NCBI GenBank assembly: GCA_963707865.1
Contig: OY970175.1
Coordinates: 16,748-80,747 of the forward strand
DNA: 64,000 nt
Source: an uncultured bacterium
GTDB taxonomy: Bacteria > Patescibacteriota > Minisyncoccia > UBA6257 > 2-01-FULL-56-20
Direction: 5' to 3'
Shown here in pieces: positions 10,417 to 20,151 of the stretch. The notes beneath the pieces were generated by a model. The model saw nothing but the letters and a program-made list of their open reading frames with translations, searched no databases and was not told the origin of the DNA. Both the position numbers and the translations under genes were made by a program. Position 1 is the first letter of the stretch. Every line of letters starts with the position of its first letter.

Positions 10417-10629
10417 TCATAGGAAACCCCCGCAAACGCAAAACGCATAGCAGAGAATTGCAATTTGGAATGCAACCCCTGCGAAAGCGAAGATTGCGAG
10501 AACGAGGTATGCCTTCGCCTCGCGTGCGAACCTTTTCTCATATTTCTCAAGGACCGCTACCATGCCCGACGTGGTATCCTGCTCGCCGAGCTTCCTCCAC
10601 AAACCCTGAAAATCAGGTAGGAAGAACAT
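10417..10629 (-). CDS. Small hypothetical membrane protein
   Basis: Strong SD GGAGGAGGTG before ATG; C-terminal hydrophobic segment. Confidence 0.45.
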   Translation of the reverse strand: MFFLPDFQGLWRKLGEQDTTSGMVAVLEKYEKRFAREAKAYLVLAIFAFAGVAFQIAILCYAFCVCGGFL

Positions 10630-10830
10630 ACGTCACCTCCTCCAAAGAACTTAATTACGACTTAATTGTAGCATATAAATCGATATATTGTCAAGTACAC
10701 GTAAAACAGGCTTGTTTTTGGCTAAAAGCCAAAGTTGTTTGAAGATCGTCCAGGCCTGTGCGTCAAGAATCTTTTAGTAAGTTTTTAATGTGTATTGTGG
10801 TAGTATATTCGCACGGAACCGTTAGGCTTA

Positions 10831-11418
10831 ATGACCAAAATCATGGATGCGATAATTTCAATCCTCGTCTTTTTTGGAATCACTGCGGATAAATATCCGT
10901 TCGTGGCGTTGTTTGTGCTCTTGGGAACTTTGACTGTGGCGATAGGGTTCTGGCAAAACCAGAAAATAGATGGACTCGAGGTTAAGTTTGGGGCTGTGTT
11001 AGACGACGTGAGAGCCAGTGCGGGCAAAATTAAGAATAACATTATCGCTATAAAGACCTTTCTTGCTACAAAATGGCCGGAGGATTTCAATTTGTCGCTG
11101 ATGGAATCTATGAGTCCGTTGCGGATCAAGCCAAAGGGATTGGAAATCTTACAGCAAAGTGGATTCGTGAGCGTTATGGAGAATGCGGAATACCGCCGGA
11201 AGATATTATCTTATATTTCCGATCAGGAGCCGAAGACAAAATTAGACGTGGAAAGAAATGCTATTATTTATTTCCCTATGCTGCTGGAAGAAACATTCAC
11301 GCGGCCGATAAGCTCATATCTGTACAAGTTTCCCACAAAAAGAGAGGCATGCATGACGCTCGCGGCGCTCTATGTCCGCGACGAATACCTCAAAGAACAC
11401 CCAGAGATTACGGAATAA
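10831..11418 (+). CDS. Hypothetical membrane-anchored protein (SPL..xG..L..SG family)
   Basis: 195-aa ORF, N-terminal TMs, lower GC; motif shared with the 32860 ORF. Confidence 0.7.
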   Translation: MTKIMDAIISILVFFGITADKYPFVALFVLLGTLTVAIGFWQNQKIDGLEVKFGAVLDDVRASAGKIKNNIIAIKTFLATKWPEDFNLSLMESMSPLRIKPKGLEILQQSGFVSVMENAEYRRKILSYISDQEPKTKLDVERNAIIYFPMLLEETFTRPISSYLYKFPTKREACMTLAALYVRDEYLKEHPEITE

Positions 11419-11421
11419 CGG

Positions 11422-13401
11422 TTACAGGTGATAGATGAAGATTGAGGTGCCGGCGCGGTAGTCGGGCGAGGGGACGCTGCCCATGCCCGGGGCGGGCGGC
11501 CTCAAAACCGTGAGCCACGAATAGGTGTCGGAGGCGTTGCGGACTTGGCCGGGAGCGAGCGGCTGGATCGCGCCCTCAAGCGTGTTTACGGAAACAGCGA
11601 GCCAGTGGATGCCGTGGTCTACGGGATTGCCTTTGGAGGAAGACCAGTCAACTTCTTTGTTCCCTAGATAATAGTGCGGATTTCCGCCGCCGAAATAATC
11701 CACGGCGATCTTGTCCACATCGGGATGCGTGGCGACCCACGCCTGGAGTCGCAGGAGGTCTTGCCCCCAGTCGTAGTTGGAATCGGTCACATAGTGATAT
11801 CCGTTCCAAATGCCGCCGCCGAGTTCATTGAAGTACGACAGGAAATATGGAGCGGCGAAGAGGGTTTCCAAAAGGAGCCAGATAAGCAGGACGACGAGAA
11901 AAAAATATTTGATGCTCGCGCGCACGAAAGATTTCGCCGCGGCGCTTAGGGAAGCAGCGATGGATGTGCCGAGCGAAGCCATGGTGGCGCCGCCCGGGGG
12001 CGAAATGCGGAAAGAGATATTTACAATCCATTTTTTCCAGACGCCTGCGGCAAGGATATAAATGAAAGGAAGCGTGGGCATGAGGTGGCGAAGCCCGATG
12101 TTCAACGGACTTTGCATGCTGTAGCCCCAATAGAGCACGATGAACGACGCCATGGAGAATTCCGGAAGGTTCACGCCGATGTAATCCAAAATGCGTTGCC
12201 CCCGGCGCCGGCCGAGGTACCTATCGCGTCGGATCATCCACCATGCGGCGAGCACGAGCGCCGTGAGCACGATGACGAGCGTGGGGATGGGTTCTTTGAG
12301 GAGGAAGAGGAGCGGGAAATAGGTCCAACCGCCGGCACCGCGCACTTCGCCCCAGAAATAGATGGTGTTGCCGCCGGCGGACCGCTGGAAGACCATAAGG
12401 ATGCCGAGCATGTATTGTGCGACTGGCCGCAGCACTGGATTTTTTGCCATCCAGAGGTCAATGTCGGCGAGGCAGCGCATGCCCGTGCAGTGCGCGCCCG
12501 CGGGCGCCGGGCCGTTTGCGAAAGAACCCAGAATGAACTGCGTATCGGAGGCCTGTTTTGTGATGGGATAATTGACAGTGAAAAGGAAATAGATCGGGTA
12601 GACGATACACACATAGCCGATCGCAAAGATGAGAATAAGGCGCCAGAGCCAACGCAGTCCGCGCATAAGAAACGTTTTGAAACGCCGCGATTGCTCCATT
12701 GTGCCGCGTTCGGCGATGACGTTGCGGAGCCAGAGTACGAAAGCAAGAAAGATGAAAAGCGGCACGAGGAACGGCGTGGAAAATTTTGTGATCTGCGCAA
12801 CACCAAAAGAAAGTCCCGCATACCAAAGGTGTTTTGTGGATGGCGATTCAACGAACTTCAGAAAGAAATAGGTGGCGAAGATGACGCCGAAGGCGGCACC
12901 CACATCCGTCGTCACATAATGACCATGGGCGAGCACGGTGGGATCAAGCGCGAAAAGTGCGGCGGGCAGGAGCGCCCACCAGTTGCCCATAAGTCCCCGT
13001 GCGAGGAGATAAATAAAGAGAACGACAAGGAGCGTGATCAAGATCGGGAAGATGCGCGCGGTTTGGATGATTGCGTTCGCGTCATTGCCCGATTGATAGA
13101 GGAATTGCGCGCCGACGTCCCACTGCGCGTTCACTTGGTTCTTCCATGCGTCGCTTTGAACGGGGAACGTGGGATTTAGAAAAAGCACCGGCAGCATTGC
13201 AAGCGCTTTTATAAGCGGCGGGTGCTCGGGATTCAGCCGGTAGTCAAGATTGTGCACATAGCCGTAGCCCGCCGGAATATGCGCAAGCTCGTCCATAATG
13301 GCCGAGTCGGTGCGCGAGGCCCAGAGCATGAGCGAGAAAGAGGCAAGACAGACGAGGGCGAGCGTCCACCACGCAAGACAAGAAGAAGTTTTCTTGAACA
13401 T
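11422..13401 (-). CDS. GT-C glycosyltransferase (GT39/ArnT/PMT_2-like)
   Basis: DELAHIPAGY, NPEHPPLIK, many TMs, DSNYDWGQDL. Confidence 0.85.
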   Translation of the reverse strand: MFKKTSSCLAWWTLALVCLASFSLMLWASRTDSAIMDELAHIPAGYGYVHNLDYRLNPEHPPLIKALAMLPVLFLNPTFPVQSDAWKNQVNAQWDVGAQFLYQSGNDANAIIQTARIFPILITLLVVLFIYLLARGLMGNWWALLPAALFALDPTVLAHGHYVTTDVGAAFGVIFATYFFLKFVESPSTKHLWYAGLSFGVAQITKFSTPFLVPLFIFLAFVLWLRNVIAERGTMEQSRRFKTFLMRGLRWLWRLILIFAIGYVCIVYPIYFLFTVNYPITKQASDTQFILGSFANGPAPAGAHCTGMRCLADIDLWMAKNPVLRPVAQYMLGILMVFQRSAGGNTIYFWGEVRGAGGWTYFPLLFLLKEPIPTLVIVLTALVLAAWWMIRRDRYLGRRRGQRILDYIGVNLPEFSMASFIVLYWGYSMQSPLNIGLRHLMPTLPFIYILAAGVWKKWIVNISFRISPPGGATMASLGTSIAASLSAAAKSFVRASIKYFFLVVLLIWLLLETLFAAPYFLSYFNELGGGIWNGYHYVTDSNYDWGQDLLRLQAWVATHPDVDKIAVDYFGGGNPHYYLGNKEVDWSSSKGNPVDHGIHWLAVSVNTLEGAIQPLAPGQVRNASDTYSWLTVLRPPAPGMGSVPSPDYRAGTSIFIYHL

Positions 13402-13417
13402 TGCTTTTATTATAGCG

Positions 13418-13449
13418 TAGAACCCATCCTATATGTGAGATGGGTTCTA
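13418..13449. repeat. MITE-like hairpin TAGAACCCATC..GATGGGTTCTA
   Basis: Perfect 11-bp inverted repeat; same end at 21675-21733 and a related end near 29521. Confidence 0.7.
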
Positions 13450-13473
13450 AAGAGATGATGGTACAATACAACT

Positions 13474-15504
13474 ATGCAAGGTACTGTTCCGCCGCCGCGC
13501 AAAGACGAGGAGGTTCGTCCCAGCGACCTCGTGAAAGTTATCAAACAGGAACCTAAGGACGAGGCGTTGGAGAAAAAAAGATCGTTGCCCCGCAAGCCTC
13601 GCTTCCCGAAAGGTATTGCATGGGGGATTGCGGGGCTTGTCGTGCTTTTCGTCGGCGGCTCAATTGCCTCTCTTTACCTCATCCGCGCCAAGGTGGCATC
13701 TTCATTCTCAACGAGCCTCGGGACGCTTCGCTTGGGTGTGGAAGACCTTCAAAATTTTGATCCCCAGTCTGCCGCGCAGAAATTTTCTTCTTTGCAGGAT
13801 CTTTCCTCGGGGGATCTTGGCACTGCCGTGAAAACATTCGGGTCTCTTTTGGGGGGAGGGGGCGGTGCCATCACGTCGCTCGTCGACATTTCCAAACAAC
13901 TCACGCTTTTTGCGCAAGAAGTGAGCGACGTGGCGTCAAGCTCGTACGGGTTTTTTACAAACGGACAGGGAGGGCCTTTCATTGCTGACCTCGGCCGTAT
14001 ACGCGACACGCTAGGTACGATTGATGCCGCAAGCGATCAACTAACGGGCACGGCATCGCTGTTCGGAGGGCTTTCTTCGTTCGGGGGCAACGATTTTTAT
14101 CTTTCGCTCAAAACGCAGATTAAGAGCACGAAGAATATGCTGGACGTTCTTTTGCCCTGGTTCTCCGATCCGCATCCCCATCACTTCCTTGTGCTTTTGG
14201 AAAATCCTTCGGAGATGCGTCCCGCGGGAGGATTTCTCGGAAGCTATGCGGATGTTACGATGACGAGCGGTACCATAACCGACGTCGCCGTGCATGATAT
14301 TGCGGACGTTGACGCGGCATTCAATCGCAACATCATCCCCCCGAAGCCGTTGCAGCTTGAGGTGACAAGATGGCGGCCGGCAGATGCGAACTGGTTTTTT
14401 GATTTTCCGACCTCTGCTTCAAAAACCATCGCTTTTTTTGAGGAATCGGCCCTTTACGCAAATGCTTCCACGACGTTTGACGGCGCCGTTGCGATTTCGC
14501 CGAAGGTAATCGGGGATCTCTTGGCCATCACGGGCCCGATTTCCGTAGGGAGGTCAACGACGACCTTCACGGTGGATAACTTCCTCGTTCAGATTCAAAA
14601 GATCGTCCAAAGCGGCCAGTCATTGTCCGCCACCTATCCCAAGCAGGTCATCGGCGATCTTTCAAAAGCGATTTTCGCGGCGCTTGCCTCTTCTACTACT
14701 ACAGACGGGCATGGCGCACTGCTTGCCATGGTGCTTAATTGGATAACCAATAAAGACGTGATGGTATATTTCAAAGATCCGGCGATGGAAGCCGTTGCGG
14801 ACGCGAACGGCGCTTCGGGCGCGGTCTATGCGTTGCCGCAGAAATTCAACGGCGATTACCTCGCAGTCGTGGATGCGAACGTAAACGGCGGGAAATCGGA
14901 CTTATATGTCTCAAGCACGATCGCCTATACCGCACAAATCAATCCGGACGGTACGATGACAGGGCACCTTGTCGTAGCGCGGAAGCACAATGGCAACAAA
15001 AGCCCGTATTCGTGGTATCGGGCGACGAATCAGGATTACGTGCAGATCTTCGTTCCAGAGGGCACGACGCTCGCGAATGTTTCCGGTACCGTTTTGAAAA
15101 AAATTACGCCGCCGATCAACTATGCAAAAAAGGGCTACATAACCGACCCCGCTGTTTCTACAATTGAGTCAACGGAGCAGACCCTCTTCGCGTATCCGGG
15201 CATCGCGTGGCACGAAGAGTCCGGGAAGCAGGTGTTTACGACGTGGTCTGTCGTGAAGGCAGGGGCTTCCACGCAATTCTCACTTGACTACACGCACCCC
15301 ATGTCCGTTCCTCCCGCGGAGGGCGTGACATACCAGTTTGTTTTTGAAAAACAGGCGGGCACGCATCGGTCATATGAATATGACATTGACGCGCCGCTTG
15401 GCTATGTCTTTGTTGAAAACGGCGGCCTCGCGACATATTTGTATCAGTCCGACGATCCGCCCGGGCGGCTCATCTTCAATTTGACGTTGCAGAAACTTCA
15501 GTAG
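13474..15504 (+). CDS. DUF4012 domain-containing protein
   Basis: LLENPSEMRPAGGFLGSY, DANWFFDFPTSA, DANVNGGKSD, KQAG. Confidence 0.85.
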   Translation: MQGTVPPPRKDEEVRPSDLVKVIKQEPKDEALEKKRSLPRKPRFPKGIAWGIAGLVVLFVGGSIASLYLIRAKVASSFSTSLGTLRLGVEDLQNFDPQSAAQKFSSLQDLSSGDLGTAVKTFGSLLGGGGGAITSLVDISKQLTLFAQEVSDVASSSYGFFTNGQGGPFIADLGRIRDTLGTIDAASDQLTGTASLFGGLSSFGGNDFYLSLKTQIKSTKNMLDVLLPWFSDPHPHHFLVLLENPSEMRPAGGFLGSYADVTMTSGTITDVAVHDIADVDAAFNRNIIPPKPLQLEVTRWRPADANWFFDFPTSASKTIAFFEESALYANASTTFDGAVAISPKVIGDLLAITGPISVGRSTTTFTVDNFLVQIQKIVQSGQSLSATYPKQVIGDLSKAIFAALASSTTTDGHGALLAMVLNWITNKDVMVYFKDPAMEAVADANGASGAVYALPQKFNGDYLAVVDANVNGGKSDLYVSSTIAYTAQINPDGTMTGHLVVARKHNGNKSPYSWYRATNQDYVQIFVPEGTTLANVSGTVLKKITPPINYAKKGYITDPAVSTIESTEQTLFAYPGIAWHEESGKQVFTTWSVVKAGASTQFSLDYTHPMSVPPAEGVTYQFVFEKQAGTHRSYEYDIDAPLGYVFVENGGLATYLYQSDDPPGRLIFNLTLQKLQ

Positions 15505-15514
15505 GAAAACCGCG

Positions 15515-15595
15515 ATGGAGAATCTCACGCGCACAAGAAATTTCGTCATTATCGCCCATATTGATATCGCACGTTGCGACAACGCAACGGCATGA
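15515..15595 (+). pseudogene. Duplicated lepA 5' fragment (MENLTRTRNFVIIAHID...)
   Basis: Encodes RNFVIIAHID, identical to the lepA N-terminus, then a hairpin and stop. Confidence 0.75.
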
Positions 15596-15599
15596 ATCT

Positions 15600-17429
15600 A
15601 TGAATAATATTCGAAACTTTGTTATCATCGCCCACATTGATTCGGGGAAGTCCACGCTTGCAGATCGTTTTTTGGAGATCACGGGAACGGTGCCCATGCG
15701 CTCTATGCGCGCGCAGTATTTGGACCGCCTGCCCTTGGAGCGCGAGCGGGGGATCACGATCAAGATGGCGCCGGTGCGGATGGCATATAGCGTGGACGGC
15801 AAGGAATATATTTTGAATCTGATCGACACGCCGGGACACTCGGATTTTTCGTATGAGGTTTCTCGCGCGCTCGCGGCGGTGGAGGGGGCGATACTTTTGA
15901 TTGACGGCACAAGAGGGATCCAGGCGCAGACGCTGTCCAATTTGCGCGCGGCGCAGAAAGCGGGGCTCACGATTATCCCCGCCGTGAACAAGATTGATCT
16001 CGCACTGCCGCAGATTGAAAGGGTGGTGGAATCGGTCGTCGAACTTTTGCACATGCCGAAGGAGAGCGTGCACCGAGTTTCCGCAAAGACCGGCGAAGGC
16101 GTGAGGGAATTATTGGACACGGTAGTGCGGGAAGTGCCGCCCCCTCGCGACGTTCCCGCGGATGCAAAATCCTCTCTGAACGCAAATCGCGGCGGTGGTG
16201 CCCATGACGCCGGAAAAGCTCTTATCTTTGATTCGCTCTATGATGATCACAAGGGCATCATTGCTTTCATACGCGTGTTCGGCGGCGAGTTCAAAACCGA
16301 GAACATGCGGTTTATGGCAACGGGCGTTGCGTTCAAACCGAAGGAAGTGGGCTATTTCACGCCGGACCCCGTGGCGTCGCCTGCGATCGTAAACGGCGAG
16401 ATCGGCTATCTTGCGACAGGACTCAAGGAACCGTCGCGCGTGAAAATCGGAGATACGGTGCTTGCGACCCACCACGGAGGAGGAGAAGTCGGCGCGGATG
16501 CGTTGCCCGGCTATCGGGAACCGGCACCAGTCGTATTCATTTCGTTCTACCCCGACCACGATACGAAGTTTGACGACCTCAAACGCGCGTTTGAGAAGCT
16601 GCGCTTGAATGACGCAGCGTTTTCCTTTGAGCCTGACGCGAACGAGGCGCTCGGCCGCGGCCTTAAAGTCGGTTTTCTTGGACAGCTTCACTTTGAGATC
16701 ACCGCGAGCCGCTTGGAACGGGAATATAACCTGCAATTTTTAACGAGTTTTCCTACGATTGCGTACCGCGTACAGGATCGCGGCGTGGTGCGCGTGATCA
16801 AGCAACCGCAGGATTTTCCGGACAAGCCGGAGAAAGTGTGGGAACCCTTTGTTCGTTTGGAAATCCTCACGCCGCAGAAATATTTAAGTGCGGTCGTCAA
16901 CTTGCAGACCGTATTTGATATTGAGATCGCGCAAGTAAAGAACATCGGCGAAAATCTTTTGATAGAAGCGAAGATGCCTTTGCGTGAGTTGATCCGCGAT
17001 TTTGATGACCGGTTAAAATCGTCATCGCAAGGATATGCATCGTTCACCTACGAGCTTGCCGGGGAGCAGGAAGCAGAGGTGGAAAAATTGGAAATTTTAG
17101 TTGTGGACGAAGTGGTGCCCGCGCTCACGCGCATCGTTCCCAAAAAAGATCTTGAGCGCGAGGGGAGGCAGACCGTGGAGCGGCTGAAGGAACTTTTGCC
17201 GAAGGAGCAGTTTGCGCAGGCGATCCAAGCAAAGGCACTTGGCCGCATCATCGCGCGCGAAACGATCCCGGCAATGAAAAAGTTGTTGGGCAATTTCGGG
17301 AAGACCGGCGGCGACCGCACGCGGAAGATGAAGCTATGGAAAAAGCAGAAACGCGGGAAGGAGAAACTCGCCGGCATGGCCCGGGTGGAGCTCACGCCGG
17401 AGGTGTTTCGCGAGATACTGAAAAAGTAG
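15600..17429 (+). CDS. lepA: Elongation factor 4
   Basis: IRNFVIIAHIDSGKSTLADR, ERERGITIK, NLIDTPGH, GFLGQLH, RKMKLWKKQK. Confidence 0.95.
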   Translation: MNNIRNFVIIAHIDSGKSTLADRFLEITGTVPMRSMRAQYLDRLPLERERGITIKMAPVRMAYSVDGKEYILNLIDTPGHSDFSYEVSRALAAVEGAILLIDGTRGIQAQTLSNLRAAQKAGLTIIPAVNKIDLALPQIERVVESVVELLHMPKESVHRVSAKTGEGVRELLDTVVREVPPPRDVPADAKSSLNANRGGGAHDAGKALIFDSLYDDHKGIIAFIRVFGGEFKTENMRFMATGVAFKPKEVGYFTPDPVASPAIVNGEIGYLATGLKEPSRVKIGDTVLATHHGGGEVGADALPGYREPAPVVFISFYPDHDTKFDDLKRAFEKLRLNDAAFSFEPDANEALGRGLKVGFLGQLHFEITASRLEREYNLQFLTSFPTIAYRVQDRGVVRVIKQPQDFPDKPEKVWEPFVRLEILTPQKYLSAVVNLQTVFDIEIAQVKNIGENLLIEAKMPLRELIRDFDDRLKSSSQGYASFTYELAGEQEAEVEKLEILVVDEVVPALTRIVPKKDLEREGRQTVERLKELLPKEQFAQAIQAKALGRIIARETIPAMKKLLGNFGKTGGDRTRKMKLWKKQKRGKEKLAGMARVELTPEVFREILKK

Positions 17430-17464
17430 CACAAGACGGCACGCCGTCTTGTGCGTTTCTTTTT
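17429..17464 (+). terminator. Intrinsic terminator after lepA
   Basis: GCACAAGACGGC/GCCGTCTTGTGC stem with T-rich tail. Confidence 0.7.
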
Positions 17465-17483
17465 GAGAATCTAAACTGAAGCT

Positions 17484-17774
17484 ATGAAGATTGTAGGAGC
17501 AGCTATTCTCTTTGTTATTCTTGTTTTGGTGGGAGCGCGAGTGTATTCGTTTTTCGCGCAGGAAAAGCAATTAAGCGCGGACCTTGCGGACATTCAGGCA
17601 CGGCTTACAAAGGCGCAATACGACGAGGTAAGTTTGCAATCGGAGGTGCAATACCTCGCAAATCCGCTCAACTTGGAGAAAGAGCTCCGCGCGCGGTTCA
17701 ACTACAAAAAACCCGGCGAGACGATGATTATTATCGTACCCGCGCAAAGTTCCACGGCGACGACCACAGATTAA
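17484..17774 (+). CDS. Septum formation initiator (FtsB/DivIC-like)
   Basis: TM, coiled coil, LEKELRARFNYKKPGE. Confidence 0.75.
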   Translation: MKIVGAAILFVILVLVGARVYSFFAQEKQLSADLADIQARLTKAQYDEVSLQSEVQYLANPLNLEKELRARFNYKKPGETMIIIVPAQSSTATTTD

Positions 17775-17800
17775 AAAAAGATTAAAGAACCTTTGACGAA

Positions 17801-18169
17801 ATGATTGCGACGGCTACCATAAATTCCATGGGGCACATGACACTTGAAAAGCTGGCGCTCATGATGGGAGCCGAATTCAAAAATATTGATCAGCGTTTTG
17901 AGGGGGTGTACGAGGAAATCGGCCGCTTGGGCCGCCGCATGGAGGCAGGTTTTCAAACCATGCGGGCGGAGATGAGCGATATAAGAAGCGATATTTTCGC
18001 ACTGAAGGAAGATATGAAAGAAGTTAAGGAGGATATTGGGATGATGAAGAAGGATATCGAGACGATGAAGGAGGATACAGACGTTCTCAAAAAAGAATCG
18101 CAGATTCACCATGCGGAACTTGCCGGTCTCGATGGCCGGGTGGTGCGTCTTGAAAAAGGAGTTATATGA
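17801..18169 (+). CDS. Coiled-coil hypothetical protein with heptad repeats
   Basis: LKEDMKEVKEDIGMMKKDIETMKEDT; start uncertain. Confidence 0.65.
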   Translation: MIATATINSMGHMTLEKLALMMGAEFKNIDQRFEGVYEEIGRLGRRMEAGFQTMRAEMSDIRSDIFALKEDMKEVKEDIGMMKKDIETMKEDTDVLKKESQIHHAELAGLDGRVVRLEKGVI

Positions 18170-18807
18170 AGGTTGATGCCGAAGAACTTATACGCGATTT
18201 GATCGCGGAAGGATATTTGAAAACGTCCACGCTCGTGAGCGCGTTCCGGGCGATCGACCGCAAGGATTTCGTGTTGCCGGAATACGCCGGGGAGGCGTAC
18301 GGGAATTATCCGTTGCCGATCGGGTTCGGACAGACGATTTCCCAGCCGCTTACGGTCGCATTCATGCTGGAGCTCCTCGCTCCGCGCGCAGGAGAAAAAA
18401 TTTTGGACATCGGCTCGGGCTCTGGGTGGCAAACCGCCCTTTTGGCGCATGTGGTGAGCGGGGGAGGAAATGCGCATGGCCGCGTGACGGCGATGGAGCG
18501 GATTTCCGAACTCAAAGCGATGACCGAGCGCAACGTGGAGAAATACGGTTTCGTAACGCGCGGCATCGTGCGGGCGGTACTTGGCGACGGTTCAAAAGGA
18601 TATGCCGCGGGCGCGCCGTACGACAAGATCATTGCCGCGGCGGCGGGGGGAGAAATTCCTGCTGCGTGGAGAGAACAACTCCGGCCGGGCGGGAGGATCG
18701 TAGCGCCAGTAAGGGAGAGTGTCGTTGCTATGGATAAAACCAAAAAAGGAGATTTCAAAATACGGGAATATCACGGTTTCAGCTTTGTGCCGCTCGTGGA
18801 AGATTAA
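18166..18807 (+). CDS. pcm: Protein-L-isoaspartate O-methyltransferase
   Basis: PLPIGFGQTISQP, LDIGSGSGWQTA, APYDKII. Confidence 0.93.
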   Translation: MKVDAEELIRDLIAEGYLKTSTLVSAFRAIDRKDFVLPEYAGEAYGNYPLPIGFGQTISQPLTVAFMLELLAPRAGEKILDIGSGSGWQTALLAHVVSGGGNAHGRVTAMERISELKAMTERNVEKYGFVTRGIVRAVLGDGSKGYAAGAPYDKIIAAAAGGEIPAAWREQLRPGGRIVAPVRESVVAMDKTKKGDFKIREYHGFSFVPLVED

Positions 18808-18858
18808 TTTGCGCTGACCGTTGAACCCCGCCGAGCGCGGTGGTACAATGCCTGTGTC

Positions 18859-18929
18859 GCGGGTGTAGTACAGTGGCAGTACGGTAGCTTCCCAAGCTAT
18901 AGACGAGGGTTCGATTCCCTTCACCCGCT
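18859..18929 (+). tRNA. tRNA-Gly(CCC), CCA not encoded
   Basis: GCGGGTG/CACCCGC acceptor stem, GTAGC-TTCCCAA-GCTAT anticodon arm, GGTTCGATTCC. Confidence 0.95.
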
Positions 18930-18991
18930 CAATAAGAATGGAAAGGTGTTACCATTAAAGTAAGCTGCGTGATATCCCGAGGAAACAAACA

Positions 18992-20080
18992 ATGAGCGAG
19001 AGACCAGAAATTTATGTTCCCAGCGTTGCTCGCTTTCCTGACGATCTCAGAGCAAGGTACGATTTGTTGGAGCCCGCGCGGGAAAAGGGATACAAAACGG
19101 GCCTTATGTTGGTGTTGCGGCAGGGCGATTTTTCTGCAGAAGAAACGAAAAAACAGTTGGGTAATCTAGATCCTTATGTTAAGCTCGGCGGCGCAGAACG
19201 ACCAGCCGTCTTTGCTATGCATCCTAACATGCCATTGGAAGGGAAAGAGCGATTGAATCTGCTCGATAATCCCGGCTTTTCTCGGGAATATATCGAGCAA
19301 GGGATAGAACTAGCCGCTCGCATACCCGACGAGCTATCTTCCGAACAGGGTCGCGCGATCAGTTTTCACCTCAATACGTTGATAAAGCCCCAACAGTGGA
19401 CATCAGATAAAGAATATTGGGCAGAGGCCTTTGCGGGGGTGCTGGACACCGTAAGGAAGATAACAACATTCGGTAAAGAGCACGGCGTGAAGGTGGCCAT
19501 TGAAACGGTCCCAATTCCAGAATTTGGCGACATTAAAAAGAGTCCAAAATCGCTTCTGGGCGATGGTCATACTTACTGGGCCGATCTGGGCAATCCCTGG
19601 CCGCTGTTATTTTGGCGAGATGAAATTGCCAAGGTGAGGGCTGCCGGTTCCGGATTGGCCATAGATATTTGTCACTCGTTTGTCGCTTTACGGGCGGTGC
19701 ACGAGATCGGCCGTCTGATCAAATCGGGCAAGAAAAATGATGCTTTATCAACGTATATGGTACATGAGGACGATGTAAGCAAGGCCCCGCCTATTGGACA
19801 ATTTGGTGAGACGGTGATAGGCAATACTCAGCGTGGCGATATTTGGCATATGAATGATGCAAAAAGCGCTTATGCTACGCCACGACTCCATGGTGATGAG
19901 AAATACTTCGAAGAAGGTATCGCTTTGTTCGACGGAGACATTCCGGCGGATATTTTAAGGAAATTAATACGAGCTGGCTTGGAAAAGCAAATTAAATTTG
20001 TGTTAGAGATTAATGAAAAAGATTTTAAAAACAATCCGAGTACCAAAAAATCGTTGGATTTTGTTCTGCGAGAAAGTTAA
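18992..20080 (+). CDS. Hypothetical TIM-barrel protein (xylose isomerase/AP endonuclease-like)
   Basis: VAIETVP, LAIDICH, WHMND, FVLEI metal-ligand pattern. Confidence 0.6.
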   Translation: MSERPEIYVPSVARFPDDLRARYDLLEPAREKGYKTGLMLVLRQGDFSAEETKKQLGNLDPYVKLGGAERPAVFAMHPNMPLEGKERLNLLDNPGFSREYIEQGIELAARIPDELSSEQGRAISFHLNTLIKPQQWTSDKEYWAEAFAGVLDTVRKITTFGKEHGVKVAIETVPIPEFGDIKKSPKSLLGDGHTYWADLGNPWPLLFWRDEIAKVRAAGSGLAIDICHSFVALRAVHEIGRLIKSGKKNDALSTYMVHEDDVSKAPPIGQFGETVIGNTQRGDIWHMNDAKSAYATPRLHGDEKYFEEGIALFDGDIPADILRKLIRAGLEKQIKFVLEINEKDFKNNPSTKKSLDFVLRES

Positions 20081-20151
20081 AAAACGGTGAGTTCCGTTTT
20101 GGGTTCAAGCGAAGAGCGTTGCGGATAGAGTAGAAAATATTCCGCGATAGA

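Noticed and set aside
10150-10419. TGA readthrough extension of the 70-aa ORF
   Set aside because: The downstream open frame runs through the palindrome and has no recognisable protein features
20081-20150. attR duplication of the tRNA-Gly 3' end
   Set aside because: No repeat of the tRNA 3' sequence found downstream
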